Of a stretch of 64,000 nucleotides of DNA, positions 39,366-50,497 are shown piece after piece (position 1 is the stretch's first letter; the number at the start of each line of letters is the position of its first letter). The stretch lies in IMG/VR virus record IMGVR_UViG_3300046665_000548, positions 124,001 to 188,000 of that record. The stretch is one strand, 5' to 3'. Made by a program: the position numbers and the translations under genes. The notes under the pieces are model-generated. The model did no database searches and had not been told where the DNA came from. It saw only the letters and a program-made list of their open reading frames with translations.

Positions 39366-40076
39366 TCAGCGCGTTGATGAGATAGGGTGTAAATCTTCCT
39401 GGTGGAATACAAGGAAGATGGTCTGTGATTCTGGGCTGCTATCCCAATGTCTGCGGTTCCAAATGATCCCGCGTAGACCAGAGCCCTCCAGCAAGGCTCG
39501 ATACGCCTTGCAGTAGTCGGCGCTCTTACAAACCCGCGTGTAGTATTCCCGGCTCTTCTCAAGCGCGCGATACTTAGCAACCTTATCGGGTTGGCTCCAT
39601 CGAAGAACAGCCACTTCCATAGAGTTTTCGCCCTGTCGCTCCGCTTCGCGCTTTGCCTCGATCCTCAGGTCTTTCATGAACTTGATGTTCGCGCCGTTCA
39701 GGGGATACTTGGAGAGATGATCGGCGGCATCTTTGCCTACTGTGTCGCGAATGATCGGCAGACAATTCAGTACAAGCTCCCAGAAATCCTGATCGCGGCG
39801 AGCTAACAGGTATCGGCCTGGAGGAATTTGATAACCCTCAACGTTTGGCCCGTACATAGTCGTGGCCATCTCGCGGTTCGACGTGAGGTAAGTCCCCATA
39901 CTGTCGTAGGTCTTGATCTCGCGATTGGTAAGGACCTTGCCTAGAGCTTCGTGCGTGGCATGATATGCCATGACCGGCTTCTGTAGCGTGATTTCCTGAC
40001 CAAAAGACGAGCGAGAGTTCGGTTCGATAACCCCGCGATAACGTTCTGAAGCCTCTTTGATCTCACTGTAGCGCAT
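39366..40076 (-). CDS. ART-like protein, late leaderless
   Basis: AYHAT...GTYLTSNREMA..YG; TAAATA 4 nt upstream; MRYSEIKE. Confidence 0.55.
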   Translation of the reverse strand: MRYSEIKEASERYRGVIEPNSRSSFGQEITLQKPVMAYHATHEALGKVLTNREIKTYDSMGTYLTSNREMATTMYGPNVEGYQIPPGRYLLARRDQDFWELVLNCLPIIRDTVGKDAADHLSKYPLNGANIKFMKDLRIEAKREAERQGENSMEVAVLRWSQPDKVAKYRALEKSREYYTRVCKSADYCKAYRALLEGSGLRGIIWNRRHWDSSPESQTIFLVFHQEDLHPISSTR

Positions 40077-40136
40077 CACCTATTTAGAACCTTCAACTTA
40101 TTGCGTTTACTCCTCATCTGGCGATATTCTGGTTCG

Positions 40137-41123
40137 ATGCACGAATATACGCACAACGGTCATTTCAAGTGGGGCTTCAACGGCGTGTGGGGGTCGCCGC
40201 CTTCTAAAGAAGCTGGTCCCCAAAGCTACGCTGTGAAGTTTGGCGTGTCGAGTGGGCGCAAGCCGAATTTCGGTAAGGCGTGTCTGTCGGCCGCTCAGTT
40301 GATACGCGACAAAACCGATCTTCCAATCAACGTCGCGTTGTCCGGAGGTTACGACAGCGAAGTCACACTGCGATCTTTCGTTGATAGCGGCATTCCTGTT
40401 ACGGCGTACGTTGCGCGCTTCAAAGATGATGTAAACGTTGAGGAGTTCGAAACAGCCTGTTCGGTAGCAGATCGTTACGGCGTTCCTCTAAAGATTCTTG
40501 ATCTCGATGTGATCAAGTTCTGGGAAGAGAACTGGCGAGACTACGCTGACAGATACCATGTCATCTCTGGTCAATTCATGGTTCACATCTGGATCATGTC
40601 TCAACTCGATGGCTTCCCCGTTATCGGCGGGGGCGATCCCTATTTGGTGCTGACTAATCCGGATGACTATCAGGCGGCGGACGAAGACAAACGCTGGTAT
40701 TGTCGCTTCCTATCGAGGCAGCTTTCGACTACGCATTACCTGACCAGTGTTGATCGTCCAGGCGTCCCATTGTTTTATTACTATACTCCGGAACTTATTC
40801 TGTCATCGTTCGCCAACAATCACGTGGAATCTTTCATCCGTTACTGGGGCGACATCTACGCGAAATACATTACGAACTCACGGATCAAAAAACTCGTCTA
40901 TGGAGATGACTTTCCAACTCACATAGACAGACCGAAGCGAACTGGTTTCGAAGACATCGAGATCGAAGATATGGCCATTCGAAAGAAGTTGCGCACGATC
41001 TCAGAAAACCGAAACCCGCAGGCCATCTATCCGCGTGAGGATTTTGTAGCTGCGCTTCGTGGTGAACGAGAGTATCCAATCGATTGGGCCGCCCACTCCT
41101 ATACAAAGAGACTGTTTCCGTGA
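40137..41123 (+). CDS. PP-loop (asparagine synthase-like) adenine nucleotide alpha-hydrolase
   Basis: VALSGGYDSE; paralog of the next gene. Confidence 0.7.
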   Translation: MHEYTHNGHFKWGFNGVWGSPPSKEAGPQSYAVKFGVSSGRKPNFGKACLSAAQLIRDKTDLPINVALSGGYDSEVTLRSFVDSGIPVTAYVARFKDDVNVEEFETACSVADRYGVPLKILDLDVIKFWEENWRDYADRYHVISGQFMVHIWIMSQLDGFPVIGGGDPYLVLTNPDDYQAADEDKRWYCRFLSRQLSTTHYLTSVDRPGVPLFYYYTPELILSSFANNHVESFIRYWGDIYAKYITNSRIKKLVYGDDFPTHIDRPKRTGFEDIEIEDMAIRKKLRTISENRNPQAIYPREDFVAALRGEREYPIDWAAHSYTKRLFP

Positions 41124-42550
41124 CACGCATTCCTACACTGACGAAAAACAACTATTTCAAATTCGGTTACAACAACGAGTGGTTTCGTCTGAGACAGTCT
41201 CCAGATGAGGTCTTTACGGTTGATTTCGACCGGTGCACGCGCATGCCAAAAGACTGGCGAACGGAGACTATTCAGGCAGCGCGCGACATCTATGATTCCA
41301 CAGACCTTCCGATCCAAGTCATGTTCAGTGGTGGGATCGACAGCGAGGTTGTAGTGCAGGCTTTCCAAGCGGCCGGTGTGCCTTTCTCATGCGCGATCAT
41401 GCGCTTCAACAAGGGATACAATCAGCACGATATCAAGTTCGCGATAGACTATTGCACCACGCACTCAATTCCAAAGCAGATGTACGAACTCGACCTTGAT
41501 GATTTCTACGAGGGCGGACGGCTGCTTGAATATGCGGACGCCGTGAAGGCTTGCTCGTCCCATCAATGTGTGACGATGTGGTTAGCAGATCAGCTTGATG
41601 GATACCCGGTGATCGGCCAGGGCGAAGGCTATCTCTCGCGCATCGATCACGAGGCCACCGCGAAGCTTAGGGAAGACCCTATGAGCGGCGACGACTATGT
41701 TCTGATGGATAGATGGCAATATCGAGAGAAAGAGCGCATGGCCGCTTGGTATCGCTTCTTTCTTCTCCGCGAGCGTGACGGAGCGCCGGGGTTTCATCAG
41801 TATACGCCTGAGCAGCTTCTCAGCTACATTTCTGATCCTGGCGTGATGTCAGTGGTGAGCCGCAATCTCAAATACTCTACTGCGACCTCTAAGCCGGTCA
41901 TTTACGGTCGGCATTTTGGTTTGAGGCCGCGCGACAAATTCACGGGCTTCGAACAGGCTCTTCACCTTACGGAGAAATGGCAACCGTTTCTTCATGAGAG
42001 GCACATATATGCGGATCAAACCGCTTATTTTGAATATCATGAAATTCTCGATAAGCTAGCGGTAGCTCCTCTCATTCCTGATGATCTTCCGTTCGTTCGC
42101 GACGATTATCCGGATGGCGTATCGGAGGTTGACTACGAGGATTGCGTACCACTGCTGCGCAAGCTCTGGCCCGACAAGGTACCGACGCCTCGCTTCGATG
42201 ATACGCTCAAGCGGATCAAGGTGCCAAAGAGCACTCTGAAGCCTACATTCCTGATTCACGCTATCAATGGCATTCCTGTCGGCACCACGCATGCGTATCG
42301 AACTGGCGACGGCGAGGTTCGTATTCGAGGCACCTATGTTGAGCCCGAGTATAGGCGAACCAGTATTGCTAGCGATCTCGTGCTGGAGGTTCTTAAACTA
42401 TTCCCGGATTGTCACACCGCCTATACGTATCCGCGTGTTGGTTCTGAACAGTTCTATCAGAGCCTGGGTTTCGAGATTACAGGCGGACCATTTCCGATCT
42501 ACAAAGGCATCTATGAGGCCGAAAAATCCTTGCGCGGCAAAGTAGAATAA
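41120..42550 (+). CDS. PP-loop protein fused to a C-terminal GNAT domain
   Basis: VMFSGGIDSE; IRGTYVEPEYRRTSIAS...FYQSLGF; GTGA overlap. Confidence 0.75.
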   Translation: MTRIPTLTKNNYFKFGYNNEWFRLRQSPDEVFTVDFDRCTRMPKDWRTETIQAARDIYDSTDLPIQVMFSGGIDSEVVVQAFQAAGVPFSCAIMRFNKGYNQHDIKFAIDYCTTHSIPKQMYELDLDDFYEGGRLLEYADAVKACSSHQCVTMWLADQLDGYPVIGQGEGYLSRIDHEATAKLREDPMSGDDYVLMDRWQYREKERMAAWYRFFLLRERDGAPGFHQYTPEQLLSYISDPGVMSVVSRNLKYSTATSKPVIYGRHFGLRPRDKFTGFEQALHLTEKWQPFLHERHIYADQTAYFEYHEILDKLAVAPLIPDDLPFVRDDYPDGVSEVDYEDCVPLLRKLWPDKVPTPRFDDTLKRIKVPKSTLKPTFLIHAINGIPVGTTHAYRTGDGEVRIRGTYVEPEYRRTSIASDLVLEVLKLFPDCHTAYTYPRVGSEQFYQSLGFEITGGPFPIYKGIYEAEKSLRGKVE

Positions 42551-42968
42551 TATACGAGATTTGGTAGAAACGGAGCTTGTGAAGATGGCGTCAAATTTTT
42601 CAGAGCGAGAAAAACGATTTCTCGGAATTGGCGCGCTCATGGCGGTTGGCCTCGTATTTCTTCTTGCTCGGTCACCAAGCGTTGTGGTGATGCCTGCGTC
42701 GCCACCACCACCACCACCGGCAGCCGCTCCTGAGGTCCCCGTGACGCCTGTGGCCGCAAATATATCGCCCGTGACAAGAGCCCCGCTGGAATACAAAAAA
42801 GAGACAATGGAGGCTCTGAAGCTCCAGGGCGGTGATTTGGAGATCGGTCGATTGATGATCTACATCGATCCCGAAACACGTTGCCAGTATATCCGGGCAT
42901 TTTACCGAGATGGTTTGACGCCGAGGCTCCGTAAAGACGGTCACCCTTGGTGCGATTGAGGAATTAAC

Positions 42969-43391
42969 ATGGCAGCAATCGTAAAAGAAGTTTTGCTCGT
43001 AGAGCCCCATCCGACGCATGCCGGAGTGGACATCTTCCATTTGGACGGGGCGCAGGCAATCGGCGGGAAGAATGATGACGGAACGCCCCGATTCCAAGCT
43101 GGCGATCACGTTTTGTTCGTGTCTGACGGTAGCATTGTGCCCGAATATCTGCTTCGTCCCGGTTTCTGGAACGAAGACAAGAACGAGGGCACGCTCGCCG
43201 GAAACAAGAAAAACCGGGTGAAGGCTGGCCTGTTCAAGGGTGTGCAGAGCGACGGCATCATGCTGTACAAGGTCACCGACGCTGACCCGATCAGAAACGA
43301 TAAGACGAGTATCGAGAACGAACCCGAGACAGTGTTCGCCCAATTGGGATCGGATGTCAGCGAGTTCTTGGGTATTACGGAGCGCGCGTAA
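42969..43391 (+). CDS. tRNA-binding OB-fold protein (like the N-terminus of DRB0094-type RNA ligase / EMAP)
   Basis: VEPHP...GD.V.F...SIVP...RVKA..FKGVQSDGI. Confidence 0.65.
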   Translation: MAAIVKEVLLVEPHPTHAGVDIFHLDGAQAIGGKNDDGTPRFQAGDHVLFVSDGSIVPEYLLRPGFWNEDKNEGTLAGNKKNRVKAGLFKGVQSDGIMLYKVTDADPIRNDKTSIENEPETVFAQLGSDVSEFLGITERA

Positions 43392-43982
43392 TGTGGACTG
43401 TGATCAGTGAATGGGACCTCGGTTTGGGGGACGTTGTGTTCGCCTCCAAAGATGAAGCTAGAGCCGAGGCCAAGACTGCTCTAGAAAGCTGCGGCATCGA
43501 AGAAAGTCTTGAGGAGTGCGAAGGCGACGGTTTGGTTAGCTACAAACAGTTGAAGGCGCGATGATGCACGATTTAAGACCGGGCGACGGGACAACCGCGA
43601 AGAGCTTCACCAAGGTTCTTCGTTCTGATGATGGCCGCGATGCACTCACCTTGACCTTCAAGCCACCACGTGGCCAGGAATTCGTCACCTTGTTTCTCGG
43701 AGTTGTTCAGAAAGGAACAGCGGACGTGGACATTGATGCGATGTTGGAACGATTGGGTTACGTGCCGAAGAGTAAACCATGAGCGAGAAGATCAAATTAT
43801 ACTCGGAATGGTTTCGTGATCCGTCTTATCATGGCAGCTACGCAGACTACGTGCTGCAAATGACGGTCGCCAATCAACGAGCCAACGAGGATAGGTTGGC
43901 AAATAAAATTGCTGATCTCGTTGTCGAGAAATTGAAGAAGAAAAGCATCGCAGATGCGATGTAACGGCCTAAATAACTTTGT

Positions 43983-44057
43983 GAGCGCGTAGTTCAGCGG
44001 AAGAACACCGCCGTCCTAAGGCGGGTGTCGCAGGTTCAAATCCTGCCGTGCTCTCCA
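43983..44057 (+). tRNA. tRNA-Arg(CCT)
   Basis: Loop GT-CCT-AA, A20, U73, CCA; TAAATA at 43970-43975. Confidence 0.9.
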
Positions 44058-44059
44058 CA

Positions 44060-44569
44060 TTAAACGAAAGGCTTTACGCCTTTCATGGCTTTAGCGCGTT
44101 GCTTCTGTTCTTCCCCATCAACGCTACCTTCGTGGCCAAACTCATCACGTGACCATTTCTTCATCGGACCGTAAAGCTTCGCGATGATCTGCTTTTCCTG
44201 CGGGTCCTGCATATCAAGGATCGCATTCCCATGCATTCCTGCGACTTGCGTCAACCAACCATCTACGATGTAACGTCCATCAACCAGCGCAAAATCATGC
44301 CCGCCGTAGTCCTTAGCTATCAAAGATGATGGGTTGTTCTCGTCACTAAAGCCGAACAACTGCACACGATTTCCAAGTAATCGACGCACGTATTTGGCCC
44401 AACTTGTGCAGATTGCCGAAGCATCTCCATTGGGAAACACATGGCATTCTTCGCTGCGATTGAATTTGTCGGGCAGACTTTTAGCATCGTTGAAGTAACG
44501 TTCGAGTGATGCTCGCACCGGGTTGGCGCTTTCGTTCAACGTACTAGCAAGGTCTATCCAATTCCGCAT
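44060..44569 (-). CDS. hypothetical protein with putative capsid-targeting N-terminus; possible papain-like fold
   Basis: MRNWIDLASTLNE; C...H...D pattern (ICTSWA, GHDFALVDGRYIVD). Confidence 0.55.
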   Translation of the reverse strand: MRNWIDLASTLNESANPVRASLERYFNDAKSLPDKFNRSEECHVFPNGDASAICTSWAKYVRRLLGNRVQLFGFSDENNPSSLIAKDYGGHDFALVDGRYIVDGWLTQVAGMHGNAILDMQDPQEKQIIAKLYGPMKKWSRDEFGHEGSVDGEEQKQRAKAMKGVKPFV

Positions 44570-44570
44570 T

Positions 44571-44801
44571 CTAGGCTCCGATTAGTTTGGTGCGCGCCTG
44601 GATCAGTTTGACCCATGGTGTCGCATGAAAAACGCCCATCAGCACGTACATGACCGTCATACCGGTCAATACCGAGCCGGACCCTGCTACGCACAGCAGG
44701 TCAGGCGGTCCCCAGAAGATATTGAACAGAGCCATGAAGGCGAAAGTCGGTGTTGCTGCCAGGGCCAGCAATTCGATTTTTAACCAATTTGGCATAGGCA
44801 A
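44571..44801 (-). CDS. small two-TM membrane protein of proteobacterial type
   Basis: LALAATPTFAFMAL...GMTVMYVLMGVFHATPW. Confidence 0.6.
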   Translation of the reverse strand: MPMPNWLKIELLALAATPTFAFMALFNIFWGPPDLLCVAGSGSVLTGMTVMYVLMGVFHATPWVKLIQARTKLIGA

Positions 44802-44864
44802 ATCTCCAGGAATCGGTTATTTATTAGCGAACGGAACTCGTCTTTACTGGAGCTATCGGCCGAT

Positions 44865-46151
44865 ATGCATGACATTAACTACATTCGCGATAATCCAGAT
44901 GCTTTCGATGCTGGTCTGGCGGCGCGCGGCCTCAAATCTCAGTCCGAAATATTGATCAACATCGATCAGTCGCGTCGGCACGCCCTGACCGAGCTTCAGC
45001 AAAGACAATCCAAGCGCAACGAGTTGTCGGCGCAAATTGGCGCGGCGATGAAGGCTGGTCAACGCGATGAGGCCGAACGCCTTAAGACAGAGGTGGTAAC
45101 GCTTAAGCACGCAATCGAAGATTGGACCGGTCGCGCTGCAACGTCTCAGACCATACTAACGCATGAACTGGAGCGTATCCCGAATCTACCGGCCGCCGAT
45201 GTGCCCGTTGGCAAGGATGAAACTGCAAATCATTTGGAAACAGTTTGGGAGCCGGACGGTGGGAGGCGCGTGATCGCCAATCCGAAGCCTCACTGGGAGC
45301 TAGGCGAGGCCCTGGGGATGATGGACTTCCAAGCTGGCACGATGCTGGCTGGGCCGAGAAGCACTGTTCTCCGTGGTCCTCTGGCCAAGCTAGCGCGGGG
45401 TCTCGGCAACTGGATGATCGACACTATGACGTTGGAGGGATACAGCGAGGTCGATGTGCCTTGTATCGTCAACGGTGAGATCATGCACGGCACAGGCCAA
45501 CTCCCCAAGTTCGAGGCCGACGCTTATCGGCTGAACGATGCCGACCAATATCTGATCCCCACGGCCGAAGTACCTCTCACCAATCTTGTACGAGACCAGA
45601 TCGTAGATGAGGATGCGCTTCCTCTTCTGTATACGGCTCTGACCCCTTGCTTTCGAAAAGAAGCAGGATCGGCTGGCCGCGACGTGCGTGGCATGATGCG
45701 CCAGCACCAGTTCATGAAATGCGAAGTCGTGATGATCACTCAGCCAGAGTTTTCTGAGATCGACCACATGAAAATGCTCATGCATGTAGGCAACCTCCTC
45801 AAACGACTTTTCCTACCTCACCGGTACATGAAGTTGTGCAGCGGGGACATGGGCTTTTCGGCAAAGAAGACTTACGATTTCGAGGTTTGGCTTCCGAGCC
45901 AAGATGCGTATCGTGAGATTTCTTCCGTGTCGAATTGCGGAGATTTCCAGGCTAGGCGAATGAACGCTCGCTTCCGCAAAAAGGATGGCTCGATCCACTA
46001 TCTGCACACTCTCAATGGGTCTGCTATGGCTGTCGGCCGGACGTTGATTGCCGTCATGGAGAACTACCAGAACGACGACGGATCGATCACGATCCCAGAC
46101 GTTCTCATTCCCTATGTTGGTTTCGGTAAAATCGAAGCGGGCATGCGCTGA
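44865..46151 (+). CDS. serS: seryl-tRNA synthetase
   Basis: GTGQLPKF, YLIPTAEVPL, FRKEAGSAGRDVRGMMRQHQF, EISSVSNCGDFQARR, TLNGSAMAVGR. Confidence 0.96.
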   Translation: MHDINYIRDNPDAFDAGLAARGLKSQSEILINIDQSRRHALTELQQRQSKRNELSAQIGAAMKAGQRDEAERLKTEVVTLKHAIEDWTGRAATSQTILTHELERIPNLPAADVPVGKDETANHLETVWEPDGGRRVIANPKPHWELGEALGMMDFQAGTMLAGPRSTVLRGPLAKLARGLGNWMIDTMTLEGYSEVDVPCIVNGEIMHGTGQLPKFEADAYRLNDADQYLIPTAEVPLTNLVRDQIVDEDALPLLYTALTPCFRKEAGSAGRDVRGMMRQHQFMKCEVVMITQPEFSEIDHMKMLMHVGNLLKRLFLPHRYMKLCSGDMGFSAKKTYDFEVWLPSQDAYREISSVSNCGDFQARRMNARFRKKDGSIHYLHTLNGSAMAVGRTLIAVMENYQNDDGSITIPDVLIPYVGFGKIEAGMR

Positions 46152-46561
46152 TGTCGAAATACGTCAACAAACCGCATGGGCTCGTCATAGGGTCGGACAA
46201 CATCTTTTTCATTGTCGGTGACGGCGAGATGCGCTCTGATTATCGCGCTATCGTATCGTCGTACGACTATCAGTTGGACAACATCGATTCGCTTACTGTG
46301 CAGGTGCGAACCCCGGCTCAACAAATTATTTGGACTCGGGTAGACGGCACCGAAGACACCGATTTTAGGCATCACTATTTGTTAACGCGATGGTGTCGCG
46401 GTTGGCTTGACCAGAACGTAGGGGCGGAACGGGATGCTTGGGATGTTCGCTCCAAGAGCGAAAGAACAACTGAGCCTATTTTCTTCAGACGACGAACTGA
46501 TGCTCTTGCATTTGTTCGTCAAATAGATGATCGTCTCAAGGGCATCAGAATAGAGAAATAA
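46151..46561 (+). CDS. hypothetical protein, F-x-F-x3-DA-x2-F paralog family
   Basis: WLDQNVG...W...IFFRRRTDALAF. Confidence 0.55.
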   Translation: MSKYVNKPHGLVIGSDNIFFIVGDGEMRSDYRAIVSSYDYQLDNIDSLTVQVRTPAQQIIWTRVDGTEDTDFRHHYLLTRWCRGWLDQNVGAERDAWDVRSKSERTTEPIFFRRRTDALAFVRQIDDRLKGIRIEK

Positions 46562-48565
46562 TGATGGTCGAAGATACTGTTGAAGCGCGATATGAAAATC
46601 TGCGCGCCGAATTCCTTGACCTTCAAGAGCGCCACGAGGTGCTTAAGAAAACAGGCGTTTCGGTCGAAGCAATGGAGCCAGAGCGCGCGGTCCTCGTAAA
46701 GTGGGCTTGCGCCGAGGCCGCGCGATGGCTTGATCCGCGCGGCGGTAATGGCTCGACTGATGAAATGGGCAAGAAGCTGCTGGCGATGGCGTACCACCTC
46801 GCCCAAGACTCCTCACTCAAGATGAGCGCGGCAAGAAGCGCTGTGGTCGAAGAGTGCGCAACATATGTGGACGACGTTGCGACGTTCTATCCCCCAACTG
46901 GTGGTAGTAAATCGTTGCTGGATATCATTGCAAAGGAAATTCGAACCTTAGCGGCTCGTCCAAACAATCCGCGTATTCGCCAGGAGCGCGAGATACCGAT
47001 TCCGAGTGCCGTTCTCTGGTCTGCGCGCGAGGACATGTTTATTAGCGATTACGGACGCTGGGGCAACGATACGAAGTTTTATCGAAAGTGGTTCTCGCGA
47101 CGAGAGGAATTCCCAGTCCGAGACGGAGCAATTGGTGACCACTCGCAATGATACTAAGCGCAACAACGGCGGTGGTGATGACAATCACCATGTTCACGCC
47201 GAACGGCACCGAGTTGAAGATGGAGTGGCAAAAAGTCGAGCGCGTAACGCTGGAAGAATGCCTTGATACGAATCGAATTTACGGCCAGGGCGGCAAGGCT
47301 CGTGTTGTAACGGTTCAGTGCAAAGTACAGGAATGATCATGTCTATTTTCAAAGCAGAAGCTCTGTCCGGCAACGCCATTGAGGTGCTTGGCCAACTCTA
47401 CACACGAGGCCCGATCTGGGACGGAAACATTTGCAGTAAGGTTGGACGAGGCGAGCTTGTCCGTGCCGGTCTCGCTCATCACGAACACGGCTACGCCTTC
47501 CTAACATCCGAGGGCGTTCGGACTGCCGTGGAGTGGCCTATCGCTGATTTGCGGGTACGAAAAGAAGATCAGTGGATCGAGAAACGGAAACGATCATGAC
47601 CGTAGAATTCGAAGACCCACGCGTACAAGCGGTCTACGCAATACTGTGCGATGACACGATGCCTCCGAACCCGGAAGAACATTGGGAGGGATGGAAGGCT
47701 CGACGGATCGTTGACGCGCTGATTAATTTTCCAGATGTGCCGCGCGAAAAGATCAAGGGCGTCATCGACGGTTACGCGGATAGCTATCGTCGCATGTCTG
47801 GCGACGGCACGGGTACGGTTCATGCGGCGAGCGTTCGCGCCGACCTGATCAACAACATTCTTCCGCAAATTCTCTCTTTGCTCCCAGAACCAGCGCCAAG
47901 TGTCGTTGCATCACCAACAGCCTTGGAGCCCTTCTTAACGTTCGCCAAGGACAATGTAGATTTCGATGGCGAGACCTACACCTGGAAGACAAAATGCCAT
48001 CAAGAGCGCGTCTCGGATTGGTTTGGCCCAACCGATTTCGGATTGCTTGAACAATTTGCAGGCACCGAGACTGCATCGCCGGATGCGGTAAGCGCGCTAG
48101 CATCTATTGCTGAGTTTTGCAGCGGAGACGACAGCAAGCTTGGAGCGATAGCTCGTCTAGCCGAAGTGCAAAAGGTCGCACACGATGCCCTTTCTCGACA
48201 CGGAAAATGGCAAGGAAAAACCGTAAGCATCGAGCACGATGTTTTTACGGGTAGCGTGATTGGCTCTTATGTCACTCACGAAGGAAAGCGCGGTGTCGTA
48301 GTTCAGCAGGATGGCACTCGCGTTGTCCACGTTTACGGCGAAAAATGGCTTACGGAGAAAAAGTAATGGCTACCGATTGGCGCGTCGTCAAACAAGATTG
48401 GGGTGGCCACGCGGCAGGGTGGCCCTCAGTATGGAGCGACGAAGAAGATCGCTCGGTTATTCATACAGACGGCTTCAAGCAGGAATACTGGAGCGGGCCG
48501 ACTCTGAAGGAGGCGATGGAGATCGCCCAGCTTGTAGCTGATTACATGAACAGCAAAGGCGCAAA

Positions 48566-49279
48566 ATGACAACGCGCGTCACAGAGGAAATGGTCATCGC
48601 TGCGATGCGCGCTTTCGAGCCGTTCGCAATGCGTCTGCTTCGATATCCGGAAAAAGATCGTTGGCACCTGAATGACATTCAAGGCATGCGTCATGCTTTG
48701 TGGGCGGCATTCGAGTTGGATAAGAAGGATGACCCTTCGCTTGTCGAAGCGTACAAGATGGCGCGCACTCGTCTTGAGCGATTTGCCGACGAGGCCCAAG
48801 CCGGTCGTGTTCACTATGATGCCCGAGAACTGAAGAGAAAAATCTGGGGCGCTTTTTCCGACGCCGATGCATTGCCGAGTCCAACCGCGTGGCAGGATGT
48901 CAGCACGGCACCTAAGGATGGCTCTGAAATCTATTTTCTGCGAAAGCCTCCATACGGCGGGACGGGCAATATCTGTATCGGTTTCTGGCACGATGGACAG
49001 AACGAGCCGTGTTTCGTAGCGGATGGAACGGGCCATCGTATTGACCTCAATGTTTGGTCGCGATGGAAGCCAGTAGAAACGTTCATCGATTTGGAGTATA
49101 CTGACCGCACCTCTGCCGCTGAACGAGAGTACCGCATATCGCTCGCGACAGATGCTATCATGTCGTGTCCGGCGTTCTCTGATTTCAGCGCTCCTCCAAG
49201 TTTTTGTGCTCGCGATATGGCAATCGCGGTCATTGACGCTATTCAACCTAACACGCCGATGCCGGGCACCGCGCCATGA
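48566..49279 (+). CDS. DUF551-like domain protein
   Basis: WQDVSTAPKDGSEI...WKP. Confidence 0.55.
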   Translation: MTTRVTEEMVIAAMRAFEPFAMRLLRYPEKDRWHLNDIQGMRHALWAAFELDKKDDPSLVEAYKMARTRLERFADEAQAGRVHYDARELKRKIWGAFSDADALPSPTAWQDVSTAPKDGSEIYFLRKPPYGGTGNICIGFWHDGQNEPCFVADGTGHRIDLNVWSRWKPVETFIDLEYTDRTSAAEREYRISLATDAIMSCPAFSDFSAPPSFCARDMAIAVIDAIQPNTPMPGTAP

Positions 49280-50497
49280 CCCGACACCCACCACTCTGGT
49301 TTATCCGACTGATGATCTGGTTGCATGTCTGGTGCGAAGACGAAGGTGATACTCGTCACTGTCGTAAATGCGGAAGGCCATCCGCATGACGCATCCATAT
49401 ACCGAATGCGGTTGTGATCCGCCGCTTGGTAGCCTTTGCGATAGATGCAAAGCGGAGCGTGTCTGCGTTCATGGCGTTTCGCTTCAATCAGCGTGTACAT
49501 CGTGCGAGCTTAGGCGGTTGCGCGAGGTTCTTGTGATAGCCGAAGATGTTCTGTCTCGTGCACCTTTTTCTACTGGTATTTGGCCTAACGGAATGCACCC
49601 CAACGAGGGAATTGAGATTATCAGATCGGCAATAAAGTCTCCCTTGCTTGGTGACCGATCTGAGTAGAGCATGCCGGATATTCCACGCGGAAAATTTATG
49701 GGAAATCCTGTCACCGCGACGGATAATGCGGAGCACTTTATCAAGTGCGAAGAATGCGGCGGTTGGATTGACTGTCGCGACCTGGGATCGGTGTTCGATC
49801 ACGAAGGACCATTGCCACATCCTATTGGGGATCAAGTACAATGACACTGGAACAGCTTCGCGCTTGGCGCGATGGTGAAGCTCTGAAAGACACGGGGCCA
49901 AAGTTCATGAATATACCCGATGCGTGGTACGAAGATCGCCACTGGTTCTGCACAAATGGGCACGTCTCTAGTGCATTCTTGAAGAGCGAAGAGCGCGGTG
50001 ACCGTTGCTTGGGATGTCGCGAGCCTGTACTACTTGGTCCGCCAATCGGTGAAGATGAATTCGCCAGACTGGCTCCCGCTATCACCACGTCGAGAATTCA
50101 AGATGGCGCTTCTACATGAGCGCTTCAGTCGAGGGCATTCACATACACGTTCTCCTTCGTCTGGCTGAGTTGAAGCCGGATGTCGGAACTAAACCCGATC
50201 CGCTCGCAATTGGTATGATCACGGCATTCGATGAAGTACGCGCACACATTGAAAGCCTGTTGAGCCAAAGGACCACCAAATGAGCCTGCAATCGCTAGTA
50301 TTATTGCCGATAACATTACTCTTGTCCGTGGTGTTGATTGCGACAGGCGAAACATACCTAACGCCTCATAATGCGATCATTTTCGCTTGGGTAATCGGAA
50401 CAATTTCTGCGACAATCATCATTCATTGTGCCGAGCACGACGCGCGACTGAGAACAGAGCGCCGGAACAATGACAACCGAACCGGAGGGCCGCGCTC

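Noticed and set aside
42696-42725. CCA repeat (polyproline)
   Set aside because: Coding low-complexity linker after a TM helix, not a repeat element
44802-44865. Ser leader before serS
   Set aside because: Short divergent intergenic region with no Ser-rich uORF
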